Counted from the first letter of the stretch, positions 20,511 to 30,619 are shown. The stretch: DNA of 64,000 nucleotides from an uncultured Anaerolineae bacterium (GCA_937124585.1 CAKZKT010000127.1:68606-132605), one strand, 5' to 3'. Numbers and translations are program-made. Notes: a model not told the origin generated them from the sequence alone.

Positions 20511-21289
20511 CGGAATCAGATTTGTATCCCCTGACCACTTCCCTGGCCGGCCAGGTGGCGCTGGTAACGGGCGGCGCAGTGCGGGTGGGTCGGGTCATTT
20601 GCCTGGCGCTGGCAAGCCGGGGGGCCAGCATCGCGTTCACCCACCTGCCGGGCGAGCCGGCCGAGGAGACGGCTGCGGCGATAGCAGCCGCATTGACACG
20701 CTCAGAGGCCGGCCAGGAGGCGCACGTCCTGGCGCTGCCGATGGACGTGCGCGAGCTCGGCGCGGCGCAACGCACGGTCGCACAGGTCATTGAGCGCTTC
20801 GGCCGGCTCGACATCCTGGTGAACAACGCGTCGGTCTGGCTGCGCGCGCCATTTCTGGAGATCACGCCCGACGCGTGGCAGACCGCGCTCGACATCAACC
20901 TGACCGGGCCGTTCCTGATGAGCCAGGCTGCCGCGCCGCACATGCTGCGGCAAGGCGCCGGCCTGATCATCAATATCACCGACCTGTCAGCCTATCAGAC
21001 GTGGCGGGAATACGCGCACCACTCGGTCACCAAAGCGGGCCTGGTCGCGCTCACCCGTGTCATGGCGGCCGAGCTGGCGCCGGCCGTGCGGGTGAATGCC
21101 ATCGCGCCCGGCACCGTATTGCTGCCCGAAGGCGCCACCGAAGCTAAGCGCCGATGGGCAGAAAACAATTCCCTCCTCAAGCGCGTCGGCCGGCCCGAAG
21201 ATGTCGCGCGCACGGTGCTTTTCCTGGCCGACAGCGATTTCGCCACCGGCGCGGTGTATTTCATTGACGGAGGGCGCGCGTTGGTATAG
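20507..21289 (+). CDS. SDR-family oxidoreductase, PTR1/FolM-like (paralog of 14619-15356)
   Basis: The motifs MTESDLYPL...LVTGGAVRVGRVIC, NNAS and LAPAVRVNAIAPG are shared with the other atypical SDR. ATGA overlap with the upstream gene. Confidence 0.8.
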   Translation: MTESDLYPLTTSLAGQVALVTGGAVRVGRVICLALASRGASIAFTHLPGEPAEETAAAIAAALTRSEAGQEAHVLALPMDVRELGAAQRTVAQVIERFGRLDILVNNASVWLRAPFLEITPDAWQTALDINLTGPFLMSQAAAPHMLRQGAGLIINITDLSAYQTWREYAHHSVTKAGLVALTRVMAAELAPAVRVNAIAPGTVLLPEGATEAKRRWAENNSLLKRVGRPEDVARTVLFLADSDFATGAVYFIDGGRALV

Positions 21290-21382
21290 AGAAGCGTCAA
21301 CGACAGACGTCAGGCAGCGAGCGTGCTGCGCGGCTGACGTCCGACGTTGCGCGTTTCACGTTTCACCATTCGAGGTCAATCC

Positions 21383-22375
21383 ATGGCTATCACCGATTAT
21401 CCTGACGAAAAGCTGCTTCATCTTTACCGCCAGATGTACCTGGTGCGCGAATTCGAGCTGCGCGCCATCAACGAGCGACGGGCCGGGCTGATCCCCGGCT
21501 TCATTCACAGCTGCGTCGGCCAGGAGGCGACCGCAGTGGGCGCGTGTGCCGCGCTGGAACCGACCGACGTGATCACCAGCACGCATCGCGGCCACGGCCA
21601 TTTGATCGCCAAAGGCGGCGAGCCGAAGTACATGATGGCCGAGCTGGCCGCGCGCACAACCGGCTATTGCGGCGGCAAGGGCGGTTCGCTGCACATGAGC
21701 GACTTCAACCTGGGCATCCTCGGCGCCAACGGCATCGTGGGCGGCGGCATTCCCATCGCGGTCGGCGCGGCATTGGCGTTCCAGCAGCGGAAGGAGCCGC
21801 GCGTGGCGCTCAGCTTCTTCGGCGACGGCGCGGCCAACGAGGGCGCGTTCCACGAGGCACTGAACCTGGCCGGTCTCTGGAAGCTGCCGGTGATCTTCTT
21901 CTGCGAGAACAACCTCTACGGCGAGGGCACACCGCAGGCCAAACAGGCGCCCGTGGCCGACCTGGCGATTCGGGCCGCCGGCTATGCCATGCCCGGCGTC
22001 ATCGTGGACGGCAACGACGTGCTCGCGGTCTACGAGGCGACGAAAGCAGCGGCCGACCGCGCGCGAGCCGGCGGCGGGCCGACCCTGATCGAGGGCAAAA
22101 CCTATCGTTACCGCGGCCACTACGAAGGCGATCCGATGGTCTACCGCTCGAAGGAAGAGATGGAAGCCTGGAAACTCCGCGATCCGGTGACCGGCTTCCG
22201 GGCGCGACTGCTGGCCGAGGCCGGCCTCGCCGAGGAAAAACTGCACGCCCTGGAGGCCGAGGTGCAGGCAATGCTGGATACGGCCGTTGCCTTCGCCGCT
22301 GCCAGCCCCAAACCCCAGCCCCAGACCGCGCTGGAAGGAGTGTACGGAGACACCGACGGCGGCCTGGTATTCTGA
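21383..22375 (+). CDS. 2-oxoacid (pyruvate/acetoin-type) dehydrogenase E1 component, alpha subunit (TPP-dependent)
   Basis: TPP-binding GDG...NN motif (FFGDGAANEGAFHEALNLAGLWKLPVIFFCENNLYG) and an HGH...G region. Start is the ATG at 21383 with a GAGGT RBS. Confidence 0.85.
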   Translation: MAITDYPDEKLLHLYRQMYLVREFELRAINERRAGLIPGFIHSCVGQEATAVGACAALEPTDVITSTHRGHGHLIAKGGEPKYMMAELAARTTGYCGGKGGSLHMSDFNLGILGANGIVGGGIPIAVGAALAFQQRKEPRVALSFFGDGAANEGAFHEALNLAGLWKLPVIFFCENNLYGEGTPQAKQAPVADLAIRAAGYAMPGVIVDGNDVLAVYEATKAAADRARAGGGPTLIEGKTYRYRGHYEGDPMVYRSKEEMEAWKLRDPVTGFRARLLAEAGLAEEKLHALEAEVQAMLDTAVAFAAASPKPQPQTALEGVYGDTDGGLVF

Positions 22376-22396
22376 CCGAACATCGCCGCCAGACGC

Positions 22397-22422
22397 GCCG
22401 GGCATCTCGCAGAGTGCCCGGC
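22397..22422. repeat. Degenerate copy of the palindromic repeat family (GCCGGGCA-N10-TGCCCGGC) in the E1alpha-E1beta intergenic spacer
   Basis: Its 8-bp arms and 10-nt loop (TCTCGCAGAG) closely match the GTGCCAGGCATCT(C/T)GCAGAGTGCCTGGCAC elements at 38.7 kb and 43.9 kb. Confidence 0.6.
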
Positions 22423-22480
22423 ACGGAGGTACTGGAGGTCAGGGACGGGAAGCCGGCAGCCAGAAGCTGGGAGGAAACAC

Positions 22481-23467
22481 ATGCGCACAATCACCTACAG
22501 TCAAGCCATTTACGAAACCATGCGCGAAGAGATGGCGCGCGATCCCAACGTCATCCTCATCGGCGAGGACGTGGGCACCTTCGGCGGCGTGTGGGGCGTC
22601 AGTAGCGACCTGATGAAGCTCTTCGGCGAAGATCGCGTGCGCGACACGCCCATCAGCGAGACCGCCATCATCGGCGCGGCGCTGGGCGCCGCCATGATGG
22701 GCCTGCGGCCCATCGCCGAGATCATGTTCGGCGACTTTCTGCCCGTGGCCGGCGATCAACTGGTGAATCAGCTCGCCAAAGCGCGCTACATGAGCGGCGG
22801 CAAGGCCAAAGTGCCGGTGACCGTGCGCGTGACCACCGGCGCGCCCGGCTCGGCCGCGGCACAGCACTCGCAGTCGCCCGAGGGCTGGTACATGAACGTG
22901 CCCGGCCTGAAGATCGCTGTGCCCGCCACGCCTGCCGATGCCAAAGGATTGCTCCGCACGGCCATCCGGGGCGAGGACCCGGTGCTCTTCTTCGAGCACA
23001 AAATGCTCTACGCCACGAAAGGCGAAGTGCCTGAGGACCCCGACTTTGCGGTGCCCTTCGGGCAGGCCGCGATCCGGCGAGAGGGCCACGACGTGACAAT
23101 CGTCGCCATCGGCGGGATGCTGCCCAAAGCGCTGGAGGCGGCGGATATGCTCGCCCGAGAAGGGATCGCGGCCGAAATCGTTGACCCTCGCACCCTGGTG
23201 CCGCTAGACAAGGCGACGATCATCGCCTCGGTGCACAAGACTGGCCGGGTCGTGATCGTCCACGAAGCGCACAAGCGCCTGGGGCCAGGGGCCGAGATCG
23301 CAGCCATGCTCGCCGAAGAGGCCATCGGCTATCTGGACGGCCCCATCGTGCGCGTGGCAGCCAAAAACGTGCCGCTGCCCTACAGTCCGGAGCTCGAGAA
23401 CTTCGTGCTGCCGCAGACCCAGGACATCGCAGAGGCAGCGCGTGGGCTGGCGACGCGCAAACTGTGA
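22481..23467 (+). CDS. 2-oxoacid dehydrogenase E1 component, beta subunit (transketolase-like)
   Basis: GGAGG RBS. Translation matches the E1-beta family (MRTITYSQAI...GEDVG.FGGV...). Confidence 0.85.
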   Translation: MRTITYSQAIYETMREEMARDPNVILIGEDVGTFGGVWGVSSDLMKLFGEDRVRDTPISETAIIGAALGAAMMGLRPIAEIMFGDFLPVAGDQLVNQLAKARYMSGGKAKVPVTVRVTTGAPGSAAAQHSQSPEGWYMNVPGLKIAVPATPADAKGLLRTAIRGEDPVLFFEHKMLYATKGEVPEDPDFAVPFGQAAIRREGHDVTIVAIGGMLPKALEAADMLAREGIAAEIVDPRTLVPLDKATIIASVHKTGRVVIVHEAHKRLGPGAEIAAMLAEEAIGYLDGPIVRVAAKNVPLPYSPELENFVLPQTQDIAEAARGLATRKL

Positions 23468-23608
23468 GGCCCCATCGTGCCCGGTCGGCCGATCTATGAT
23501 ATCGCGCAGCGCCAGGAACGGCACGTCCTGGTATGATGGGCCGTTGATGGCCGGCGTCCGCACAGACGGCCGGTCATCCAACGACCGGGATTTGCCGAGG
23601 AAACGACC

Positions 23609-24388
23609 ATGCCCGACTTTTCCATCTTCAGCCTGGCTGGGAAAACCGCCCTAGTGACCGGCGGCAACAGCGGCATCGGCCTGGGCATCGCGCGCGGTTT
23701 CGTCAAAGCAGGCGCGCGCGTGCTCATCAGCGGCCGGAATGAGGAAAAATCTGCCGCGGCGCTGGCCGCGCTGCGCGCCATCGGCGGTGCAAATGCCGCG
23801 CAGTGGCTGGCGACCGACCTGGCCGACACCGATTCCATCCCCGCTTTCTTCTCGGCCGCTGCGGCCGCGCTCGGCGGGGTGGACATCCTGGTGAACAGCG
23901 CCGGGATCACCTATCGCAGCCGCGCCGACCAGATGCCGCTGGCCGAATACGAGCGCGTGCTGCGCGTCAACCTGACCGCGCCCTACGTCCTCTCGCAATG
24001 CTTCGCGCGAGCGCGCATCGCCGCCGGGCTGCCCGGCAGCATCATCTTGATCGCCTCGCTGATGAGCGAAGCCTCGCGGCCCACCACATCGGCCTACACT
24101 GCCAGCAAAGGCGGCATCCGCCAGCTCGTGCGCGCGCTGGCCGTGGACTGGGCGCCGTTCGACATCCGCGTCAACGGCATCGGCCCCGGCTTCATCCGCA
24201 CGCCCATGAACCAGGTACTGATGGACAACCCCGAATTCGACGCCTGGGTGAAACGCCGCACGCCGCTCAGCCGCTGGGGCCTGCCTGAGGACTTCGAGGG
24301 GGTCGCGGTCTTCCTGGCCTCCGATGCCGCGCGCTTCGTGACCGGTCAGATCGTGTACGTAGACGGCGGGTGGCTGGCGACCTTCTGA
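23609..24388 (+). CDS. SDR-family oxidoreductase (classical; KduD/gluconate-5-dehydrogenase-like)
   Basis: TGGNSGIGLG cofactor motif, NSAG, and a YTASK catalytic tetrad. GAGGAA RBS. Confidence 0.8.
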   Translation: MPDFSIFSLAGKTALVTGGNSGIGLGIARGFVKAGARVLISGRNEEKSAAALAALRAIGGANAAQWLATDLADTDSIPAFFSAAAAALGGVDILVNSAGITYRSRADQMPLAEYERVLRVNLTAPYVLSQCFARARIAAGLPGSIILIASLMSEASRPTTSAYTASKGGIRQLVRALAVDWAPFDIRVNGIGPGFIRTPMNQVLMDNPEFDAWVKRRTPLSRWGLPEDFEGVAVFLASDAARFVTGQIVYVDGGWLATF

Positions 24389-24449
24389 CGGCTAGAGCGC
24401 CACAGCCGAACGTCGCCGCGCGGCGGGCACGTCTGCGGCGATTCTCGGC

Positions 24450-25157
24450 TCAGGCCGGCCGCACCCCGCGCACCCAGCCGACCATGCCGCCGGCCCTGGC
24501 CGCCATGCTGATCCCGGTCAGGCCGGCCGCGGCTGCCAGCTCAGCCCAAGCTGACAGGCTCAGCCGATGGTGCGCCTCGGCCAGTCGGGCATAATTGACG
24601 AAGCTGTAGCGGGCAAAGCCGATGATGCGGCGACCGTCCATGAAAGCCGCCGCGTTGGCCACGCTCATCGCGTCAGTGGGGTTCAAAAATGCGACGATCC
24701 CGGCCGGCCGCGCCACCCGACACATCTCGCACAGGCCCACGGCCGGATCGGGCAGGAGGAACAGCAGGTTCGTCGCCACCACGCCGTCGAACGTGGCCGA
24801 TCTGAACGGCAAGCAGCGCGCGTCGGCCATCAACCAGTGCAAAGCCGATGTCGGACCGGCGGCCTGCGCCAGTGCGGCCGCGCGCGCTGCCATCTCCCAC
24901 GACCTGTCGCAGCCGACGGCCAAACGGCTGTCGGCCGCGGCAAACAACCGCGGCAAAAGGCCCGGTCCGGCGCCCACGTCGCAAACGGATGCGCCGGCCG
25001 GCAACGCCACAAAACGGGCAAACGCGGCCAACATCTCGCCCCACGCGCCCGCCTGCGCCTGCGTGAAATATTCCACATCGTCCGGCGCGGCCACCGGTTG
25101 GTCAGAGTCAGCGGCCGAGGCGTCGGCCGCGCCGGGCTGCTGCGGGTAACTTTCCAT
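24450..25157 (-). CDS. Class I SAM-dependent methyltransferase
   Basis: Motif I (VCDVGAGPG). Start is the internal ATG at 25157 (MESYPQQ...) with a GAGGGGG RBS; the longer 25223 start is less supported. Confidence 0.65.
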   Translation of the reverse strand: MESYPQQPGAADASAADSDQPVAAPDDVEYFTQAQAGAWGEMLAAFARFVALPAGASVCDVGAGPGLLPRLFAAADSRLAVGCDRSWEMAARAAALAQAAGPTSALHWLMADARCLPFRSATFDGVVATNLLFLLPDPAVGLCEMCRVARPAGIVAFLNPTDAMSVANAAAFMDGRRIIGFARYSFVNYARLAEAHHRLSLSAWAELAAAAGLTGISMAARAGGMVGWVRGVRPA

Positions 25158-25267
25158 CTGGCCCCCTCGTATGGTTTCGCCTGCATTGTAGCAAGAAGAC
25201 CGCGGCAGGGCAATTGCATGCAAACGGCGTCGGTGCTATAATCGGCTACCGTTTCGAGGTAGAAGGC

Positions 25268-26281
25268 ATGACAGACACCCCATCTCTGCGACACGAAGCA
25301 TACATCGCAGCGCGCGCTGCGGCTGCCTGGGCCGACCTGAGCGATCACGGCTGGCTGCGCGTGACCGGCCGCGATCGGCTCGCCTTTTTGCAGCGGCTGA
25401 CGACCAATGACCTGCGCGGGCTGACGCCGGGCGCCGGCCTGCCTACCGTCCTCTGCTCGGCGACCGGCCGGGTCATCGCGCCGCTCCTGGTCAGCGCCGG
25501 GCCAGACGTGCTCTGGCTGCGCACACCGCTCGGCCGTGCCGACTTCCTGGCCGCGCATTTCAATCGCCTGATCTTCTGGAACGACGAAGTCGAGGTGACG
25601 GATGCGAGCGCGACGACTGCCCAATTCGGCCTCTTCGGCCCGGCTGCCGCGCGCCTGCTCGCCGGGCTGACCGACGCTGCGCTCGACGATCTGCCCGCCT
25701 GTGGCTGGCGCAGCGGCCATCTGGACGAGACGTCGGTCATGATCCTGCGCGGCGGCGCGCTGGAGCCGGCCGACTGGACGATCATCGTGGAAGCCGATCG
25801 GGCCGTCGCGGTGTCCGCGCGGCTGGCCGCGGTCGCGCCGCAACTAACGGCCGCTCAGGTAACGACCCTGCGCGTCGAAAAGGGCCTGCCGGCCTGGCCC
25901 AACGAGCTGAACGACCAGGTCACGCCGCTGGAGGTCGGCCTGCGCGGTGCGATCAGCGATAACAAAGGCTGCTACACCGGCCAGGAGGTCATCGCGCGGC
26001 AGCTCAACTACGACAAGGTGACGCGCCAGCTGGTCGGCCTGTGTCTGCCGGCCGACGCAGCCTGGGCCGATCTGACCGCGGCGGCAATTCGGACGGGCAG
26101 CGGCCGCAGCGGCTTCGTGGGCACGGTCGTCTGGTCGCCCGCGCTGGGCCGGCCCATCGCCCTGGCCATCGTCCCGCGTGATGTCGCCGCGACCGGCCAA
26201 ACCGTCATGATCGCCGGACCCGGGCAGCCGGTGACGGCTACCGTTGTCACGCTGCCGTTCACGGAAGGATGCCTGCCATGA
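25268..26281 (+). CDS. Folate-binding YgfZ/CAF17-type protein (GcvT-like aminomethyltransferase fold)
   Basis: GcvT_N-like domain with a C-terminal KGCYTGQE motif characteristic of YgfZ. Start is the ATG at 25268 with a GAGGTAGAAGG RBS. Confidence 0.7.
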   Translation: MTDTPSLRHEAYIAARAAAAWADLSDHGWLRVTGRDRLAFLQRLTTNDLRGLTPGAGLPTVLCSATGRVIAPLLVSAGPDVLWLRTPLGRADFLAAHFNRLIFWNDEVEVTDASATTAQFGLFGPAAARLLAGLTDAALDDLPACGWRSGHLDETSVMILRGGALEPADWTIIVEADRAVAVSARLAAVAPQLTAAQVTTLRVEKGLPAWPNELNDQVTPLEVGLRGAISDNKGCYTGQEVIARQLNYDKVTRQLVGLCLPADAAWADLTAAAIRTGSGRSGFVGTVVWSPALGRPIALAIVPRDVAATGQTVMIAGPGQPVTATVVTLPFTEGCLP

Positions 26282-27096
26282 ACATGACCTGGCGTCTGCT
26301 GGTGCAGCGTGCGCCGGCGCGCGGGGCCTGGAACATGGCCGTGGATGAGGCCATCGCGCGCGGGGTGGCCGACGGAACGTCGCCGCCGACGCTGCGTTTC
26401 TATGCCTGGGCACCGCCCTGCGTCTCGCTCGGCCGCAATCAGCCGCTGGCCGCACTGGATGTTGACCGCTGTCGGGCGCTGGGCTACGAGATCGTGCGTC
26501 GGCCGACCGGCGGTCGGGCCATCCTGCACACCGATGAGTTCACCTACAGCGTCGTCGCACCGCCCGATCTGCCGGTCATGCAGGGGCTGGTGCTCGACAG
26601 CTATCTGCGGCTCAGCCGGGGCCTGGTGGCCGGCCTGGCGCGGCTGGGGATCAGGGCCGAGCCGGCGCCGGGCAGCGCGCGCACCGGCCCCAATGCGTCG
26701 GCCGCCTGTTTCGAGGTCCCCTCGGCGTACGAGCTGATGGCAAATGGCAAAAAGTTGCTCGGCAGCGCGCAAAACCGTCGCGCCAGGGTAGTGCTCCAAC
26801 ATGGCTCGCTGCCGCTGTACGGCGACCTGACGCGACTGGTGGAATGTTTGGCGCTGGCCGACGAAGCGGAGCGCGCCAAACTGCGCCTGGCGTTGAACGG
26901 ACACGCCGCTACGGTCGAACAGCTGCTCGGCCGACGGGTATCGTTCGAACAGGTGGCAGCGGCCATGCAAGACGGCTTCGCCGAGGCGCTGGGCCTCAGA
27001 CTGGAACCGGCCGAGCTGACGCCGGTCGAGCTGACTCTGGCCGAACAGTTGCTGCGCCAACAATACGAAGACCCAGCCTGGACTGCACGGGTATGA
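26269..27096 (+). CDS. Lipoate/octanoate-protein ligase family protein (BPL/LPL catalytic domain)
   Basis: BPL_LPL-like core (...RRPTGGRAILH...KLLGSAQ...). Overlaps the ygfZ-like stop; exact start is uncertain (26269, 26278 or 26284). Confidence 0.65.
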   Translation: MPAMNMTWRLLVQRAPARGAWNMAVDEAIARGVADGTSPPTLRFYAWAPPCVSLGRNQPLAALDVDRCRALGYEIVRRPTGGRAILHTDEFTYSVVAPPDLPVMQGLVLDSYLRLSRGLVAGLARLGIRAEPAPGSARTGPNASAACFEVPSAYELMANGKKLLGSAQNRRARVVLQHGSLPLYGDLTRLVECLALADEAERAKLRLALNGHAATVEQLLGRRVSFEQVAAAMQDGFAEALGLRLEPAELTPVELTLAEQLLRQQYEDPAWTARV

Positions 27097-27629
27097 CTGC
27101 CGATCCTCTTTTCTCATCCATCACGATGCCTGATGTGTACGAATACACCGCGGCCGGCGGCGTCGTGCGAGACAGCGCCGGCCGCATCCTGCTGATCGAA
27201 CGCTGGGTGTGGCGCGATGGCCGGCTGACGCACGAGGTGCGGTTGCCCAAAGGCCACGTCGAACTGGATGAGACCGATGCACAGGCCGCTCTGCGCGAAG
27301 TGTGCGAGGAAACCGGCTACTGCAGCCTGCGCATCATCGCCGATCTGGGCGACGATCTCACCCATTTCGTGCGCAATGGCCGACCGGTGCGCCGACGAGA
27401 GCACTACTACCTGATGGAGCTGACCGATCCGCAGCGCGGGGAGCCATCCTTCGACAGCCCCACCGCCGAGGAAGCGCTCTTTCGGCCGCGCTGGGTGACC
27501 GATCTGGCCGAGGCGGAGGCACAAGTCACCTTCGAGTCGGAACGACGCTTCCTCCGCAAAGCGCGACAGGCGCTCGCCATGCACACGCCCGACGCGGCCG
27601 CGAATTCTACTGGCGCCGAAGGCGCCTGA
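27093..27629 (+). CDS. NUDIX hydrolase
   Basis: Nudix box (GHVELDETDAQAALREVCEETGY). ATGA overlap with the upstream gene. Confidence 0.75.
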   Translation: MTADPLFSSITMPDVYEYTAAGGVVRDSAGRILLIERWVWRDGRLTHEVRLPKGHVELDETDAQAALREVCEETGYCSLRIIADLGDDLTHFVRNGRPVRRREHYYLMELTDPQRGEPSFDSPTAEEALFRPRWVTDLAEAEAQVTFESERRFLRKARQALAMHTPDAAANSTGAEGA

Positions 27630-27639
27630 CGACAAAAAC

Positions 27640-27927
27640 ATGCCAGCTGTTGGACTGCTCACCCTGGAGATCTACATTCCGGGCATCACCTCGCTGAAAG
27701 AAAAGCGCGGGATCGTCAAGCCGCTGATCGCCCGCATCCGCAAGGAGTTCAACGTCTCGGTCGTCGAGGCGGAAGACCACGACCAGCTCGGCTATGCGGT
27801 GCTAGCGGTGGCAGCGGTGTCCGCCAGCCCCGACTATGTGACCGGTCAGCTCCAGCGCGTGGCCGAGGCGGTGGCCGCGTGGCGGCTCGACGCAGAGCTA
27901 GTGGACTACCAGATCGAACTGCTGTGA
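27640..27927 (+). CDS. DUF503-family protein
   Basis: The 95-aa translation has the conserved LEIYIPGITSLKEKRGIVKPL signature of DUF503. Confidence 0.65.
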   Translation: MPAVGLLTLEIYIPGITSLKEKRGIVKPLIARIRKEFNVSVVEAEDHDQLGYAVLAVAAVSASPDYVTGQLQRVAEAVAAWRLDAELVDYQIELL

Positions 27928-28007
27928 CGGATCCGGAGCCGGCGACCCGCGCGGTCTTTGAGGCTTTCAGGGCCTCACTCGATCCGGTTTGGGCCCGGCC
28001 GATGCCG

Positions 28008-29306
28008 TCATCGCATCTGGCGGATCTGCGGGAAACGCTGCGCCACAAGCGCGCCGTACACCAGGGAAATCGTCGCGCCCAGCCCGATTGCCAGCGGCGC
28101 GCCGACCCGGTCGGCCATCAGCCCGGCCTGCAGCCCGCCCAGGCGCATCGTGCTCTGCATGGTGAGGGAGTAGATGCTCATCACCCGGCCGCGCATCGAG
28201 TCGGGGGTCACCACCTGGATCAGGGTGTTCGCCAGCGTGTTCTGCGCGACGAAGCTGAAACCGACGACGAACAGGCAGGCCAGCGACAGCAGAAATGATC
28301 GTGAGGTCGCGAAAACGATCAGGGAGGCCGGGAAAACCAGGTTGCCGAGCGTCAGGATGCGCCCGCGGCGCGCCGAGTCGGGCAGCGAGGCGACCACCAG
28401 CGCACCGACCAGCGCGCCAACGCCCACCATCGTCAACAACATGCCCAACGGCAGCGCCTCCGGTGTCTGACAGCGCACGAACGCGATCGGGCCGTAACAC
28501 ACCGTGTGGATGACAACGCGGGCACTGTCTTGCAGCACATCATGGGCGAAAACCGGCATGAGGGTGCTATAGGGCATCGAGAGGAAAGCACTGACCGCCA
28601 CCAGGCTCATCAGCACCAACAGGACCCGCTGTCTGACGACGTAGCCCACCCCCTCGGCCATGTGACGGGCCAGGCCCACCGTTGCCGGCGCCGACGAGCG
28701 CGGCAGATTGCGCATCAGCAGCAGGCTGGTGATGACGGCGACGAATGTCAGCCCATTGATGAGGAATGCCAGCCCCTCGCCTGTGGCAGCCACCACTACG
28801 CCCGAGAGGGCCGGGCCCAATGCGCGCGCCAGGTTGAACAGCGCGGAGTTCAGGCCGATGGCATTGGTCAGGTCCTCTTTGCCCTCGACCATGTCCACCG
28901 TGAACGCCTGCCGCGCGGGCAGGTCCACGGCTTGCAGGGCGCCCATCAAAAACGCCAGCGCATAGACTTGCCACACCTGAATCGTGCCGGCCAGGGTGAG
29001 GCCGGCCAAAAGCAGTGCCTGAATGAGCATCCCGGTCTGGGTGCCCAGGATCACGGTGCGTTTGGGCATACGATCGGAGAGAGAGCCGCCCCACAGAGCG
29101 AGCGGCAGCAGCGGGATCAGGCCCATGAAGTTGATCATCCCCAGCGCGGCCGCCGATCCGGTCAGCCGGTAGACGAGCAATTGCTGGGCCATGGTCTGCA
29201 TCCAGGTGCCGATCAGCGAGATGCCCTGGCCGAAGAACCAGAGGCGGTAGTTGTGATGTCGCAGCGCGCGGAAAGTGCCGCGGCGGCCGGATGCTTGGGC
29301 AGCCAA
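28008..29306 (-). CDS. MFS transporter (EntS/YbdA-like 12-TM)
   Basis: 432 aa with multiple hydrophobic TM segments and an MFS D-R/K-x-G-R-like loop (SLSDRMPKRTVI). Confidence 0.8.
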   Translation of the reverse strand: MAAQASGRRGTFRALRHHNYRLWFFGQGISLIGTWMQTMAQQLLVYRLTGSAAALGMINFMGLIPLLPLALWGGSLSDRMPKRTVILGTQTGMLIQALLLAGLTLAGTIQVWQVYALAFLMGALQAVDLPARQAFTVDMVEGKEDLTNAIGLNSALFNLARALGPALSGVVVAATGEGLAFLINGLTFVAVITSLLLMRNLPRSSAPATVGLARHMAEGVGYVVRQRVLLVLMSLVAVSAFLSMPYSTLMPVFAHDVLQDSARVVIHTVCYGPIAFVRCQTPEALPLGMLLTMVGVGALVGALVVASLPDSARRGRILTLGNLVFPASLIVFATSRSFLLSLACLFVVGFSFVAQNTLANTLIQVVTPDSMRGRVMSIYSLTMQSTMRLGGLQAGLMADRVGAPLAIGLGATISLVYGALVAQRFPQIRQMR

Positions 29307-29428
29307 CGAGTGCGATCTCCTCTCAGTAGTTCAGGCCCCATGAAAATGGGCCGTCCACGTGCCAGGCGCCTGGCACATCGGTGGCAAGTGTGATATGATA
29401 GGTTTGTAATTAAAAATTTCTGTTTTCT

Positions 29429-30619
29429 GTGAGAGTGATGATGACAGCAACAAACCATCCCGATACCATCTTCATGCCCGCGAAACCCATGTCCACCGCG
29501 TTTGCGCCCGCCGAACGGGCACATTCCGAGCTGATCGCCGCACAGGCAGGGCGTTTTCTGGCCGTATCGCCGGAGATGCGCGCCATCCTCGATGCTGTGC
29601 CCAATCCCGTGGTCGTCCTGAACCGATATCGCCAGATCATCTTCGCCAATCGGAGCACGATGGCGCTGCTCGAGCGCAACAACGGCCAGCTGCTCGGATT
29701 GCGGCCTGGCGAAGCGTTGAACTGCGTCCACGCCTATGAGACCGAAGGGGGCTGCGGCACGACCGCCTTCTGCAGCACATGTGGCGCAGTGCGTGCTATC
29801 CTCACAAGCCAGCGCGGGCAGACCGATGTACAGGAATGCCGGATCATCGTGCGAGGATCGAGCGATGCGTTGGATCTGCGCGTGTGGGCGGTACCGTATC
29901 AGATGGACGGCGAGAATTTGACCATCTTCACGATCCATGACATCCGAGACGAAAAACGGCGCCGGGCACTGGAGCGCATCTTCTTCCACGATGTCCTGAA
30001 CACCGCCGGCGCGATCAGCGCCTCTACCGAGATCATCCTCGACTCCGGCGTCGAGAAACCGGCAGAAATACTCCAAATGCTCGGCGCGCTGGCCGAACGT
30101 CTGATCGAGGAAATCAAGTCGCAGCGCGATCTGCTCAGCGCCGAAAACAACGAACTGGCGATCAATCTGGCGGTCGTGGATGCGCATGACCTGCTGCCCT
30201 CAGTGGCCGATAACTACCGCCAGCGCCCGATCGCGGAGGGCCGAACGATTCAGATCGCGCCGATCGCAGAACCGCTCACGCTCGTGAGTGACCCGACGTT
30301 GTTGCGCCGCGTGCTGAGCAACATGGTGAAGAACGCGCTCGAGGCCACTGATCCCGGTGGCACAGTGACGCTCGGTTGCCGGGCAGACGGGGATCAGGTG
30401 GAGTTCTGGGTGCACAATCCGGCCATCATGCCGCGCGACGTCCGGCTTCAGATATTCCAGCGATCGTTCTCGACCAAAGGACCCGGCCGCGGGCTGGGAA
30501 CCTACAGTATGAAGCTGCTGAGCGAGCGCTATCTGCAGGGCAAAGTGACCTTCGAGAGCGCGCCGGGCGTCGGCACGATCTTCAGGGCGACCTATCCGCG
30601 CGAATTCCACGTCAGCTGA
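29429..30619 (+). CDS. Sensor histidine kinase (PAS/sensor domain + HisKA + HATPase_c), apparently orphan
   Basis: H-box (FFHDVLNTAG), N-box (MVKNALEAT) and G-boxes (GRGLGTYS). Start is uncertain (29429 to 29441). Confidence 0.75.
   Translation: MRVMMTATNHPDTIFMPAKPMSTAFAPAERAHSELIAAQAGRFLAVSPEMRAILDAVPNPVVVLNRYRQIIFANRSTMALLERNNGQLLGLRPGEALNCVHAYETEGGCGTTAFCSTCGAVRAILTSQRGQTDVQECRIIVRGSSDALDLRVWAVPYQMDGENLTIFTIHDIRDEKRRRALERIFFHDVLNTAGAISASTEIILDSGVEKPAEILQMLGALAERLIEEIKSQRDLLSAENNELAINLAVVDAHDLLPSVADNYRQRPIAEGRTIQIAPIAEPLTLVSDPTLLRRVLSNMVKNALEATDPGGTVTLGCRADGDQVEFWVHNPAIMPRDVRLQIFQRSFSTKGPGRGLGTYSMKLLSERYLQGKVTFESAPGVGTIFRATYPREFHVS

Noticed and set aside
21356-22405. Minus ORF 21356-22405 (349 aa) and plus ORF 21544-22605 (353 aa)
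   Set aside because: Antisense or off-frame to the E1alpha gene, which shows the TPP-binding motif.
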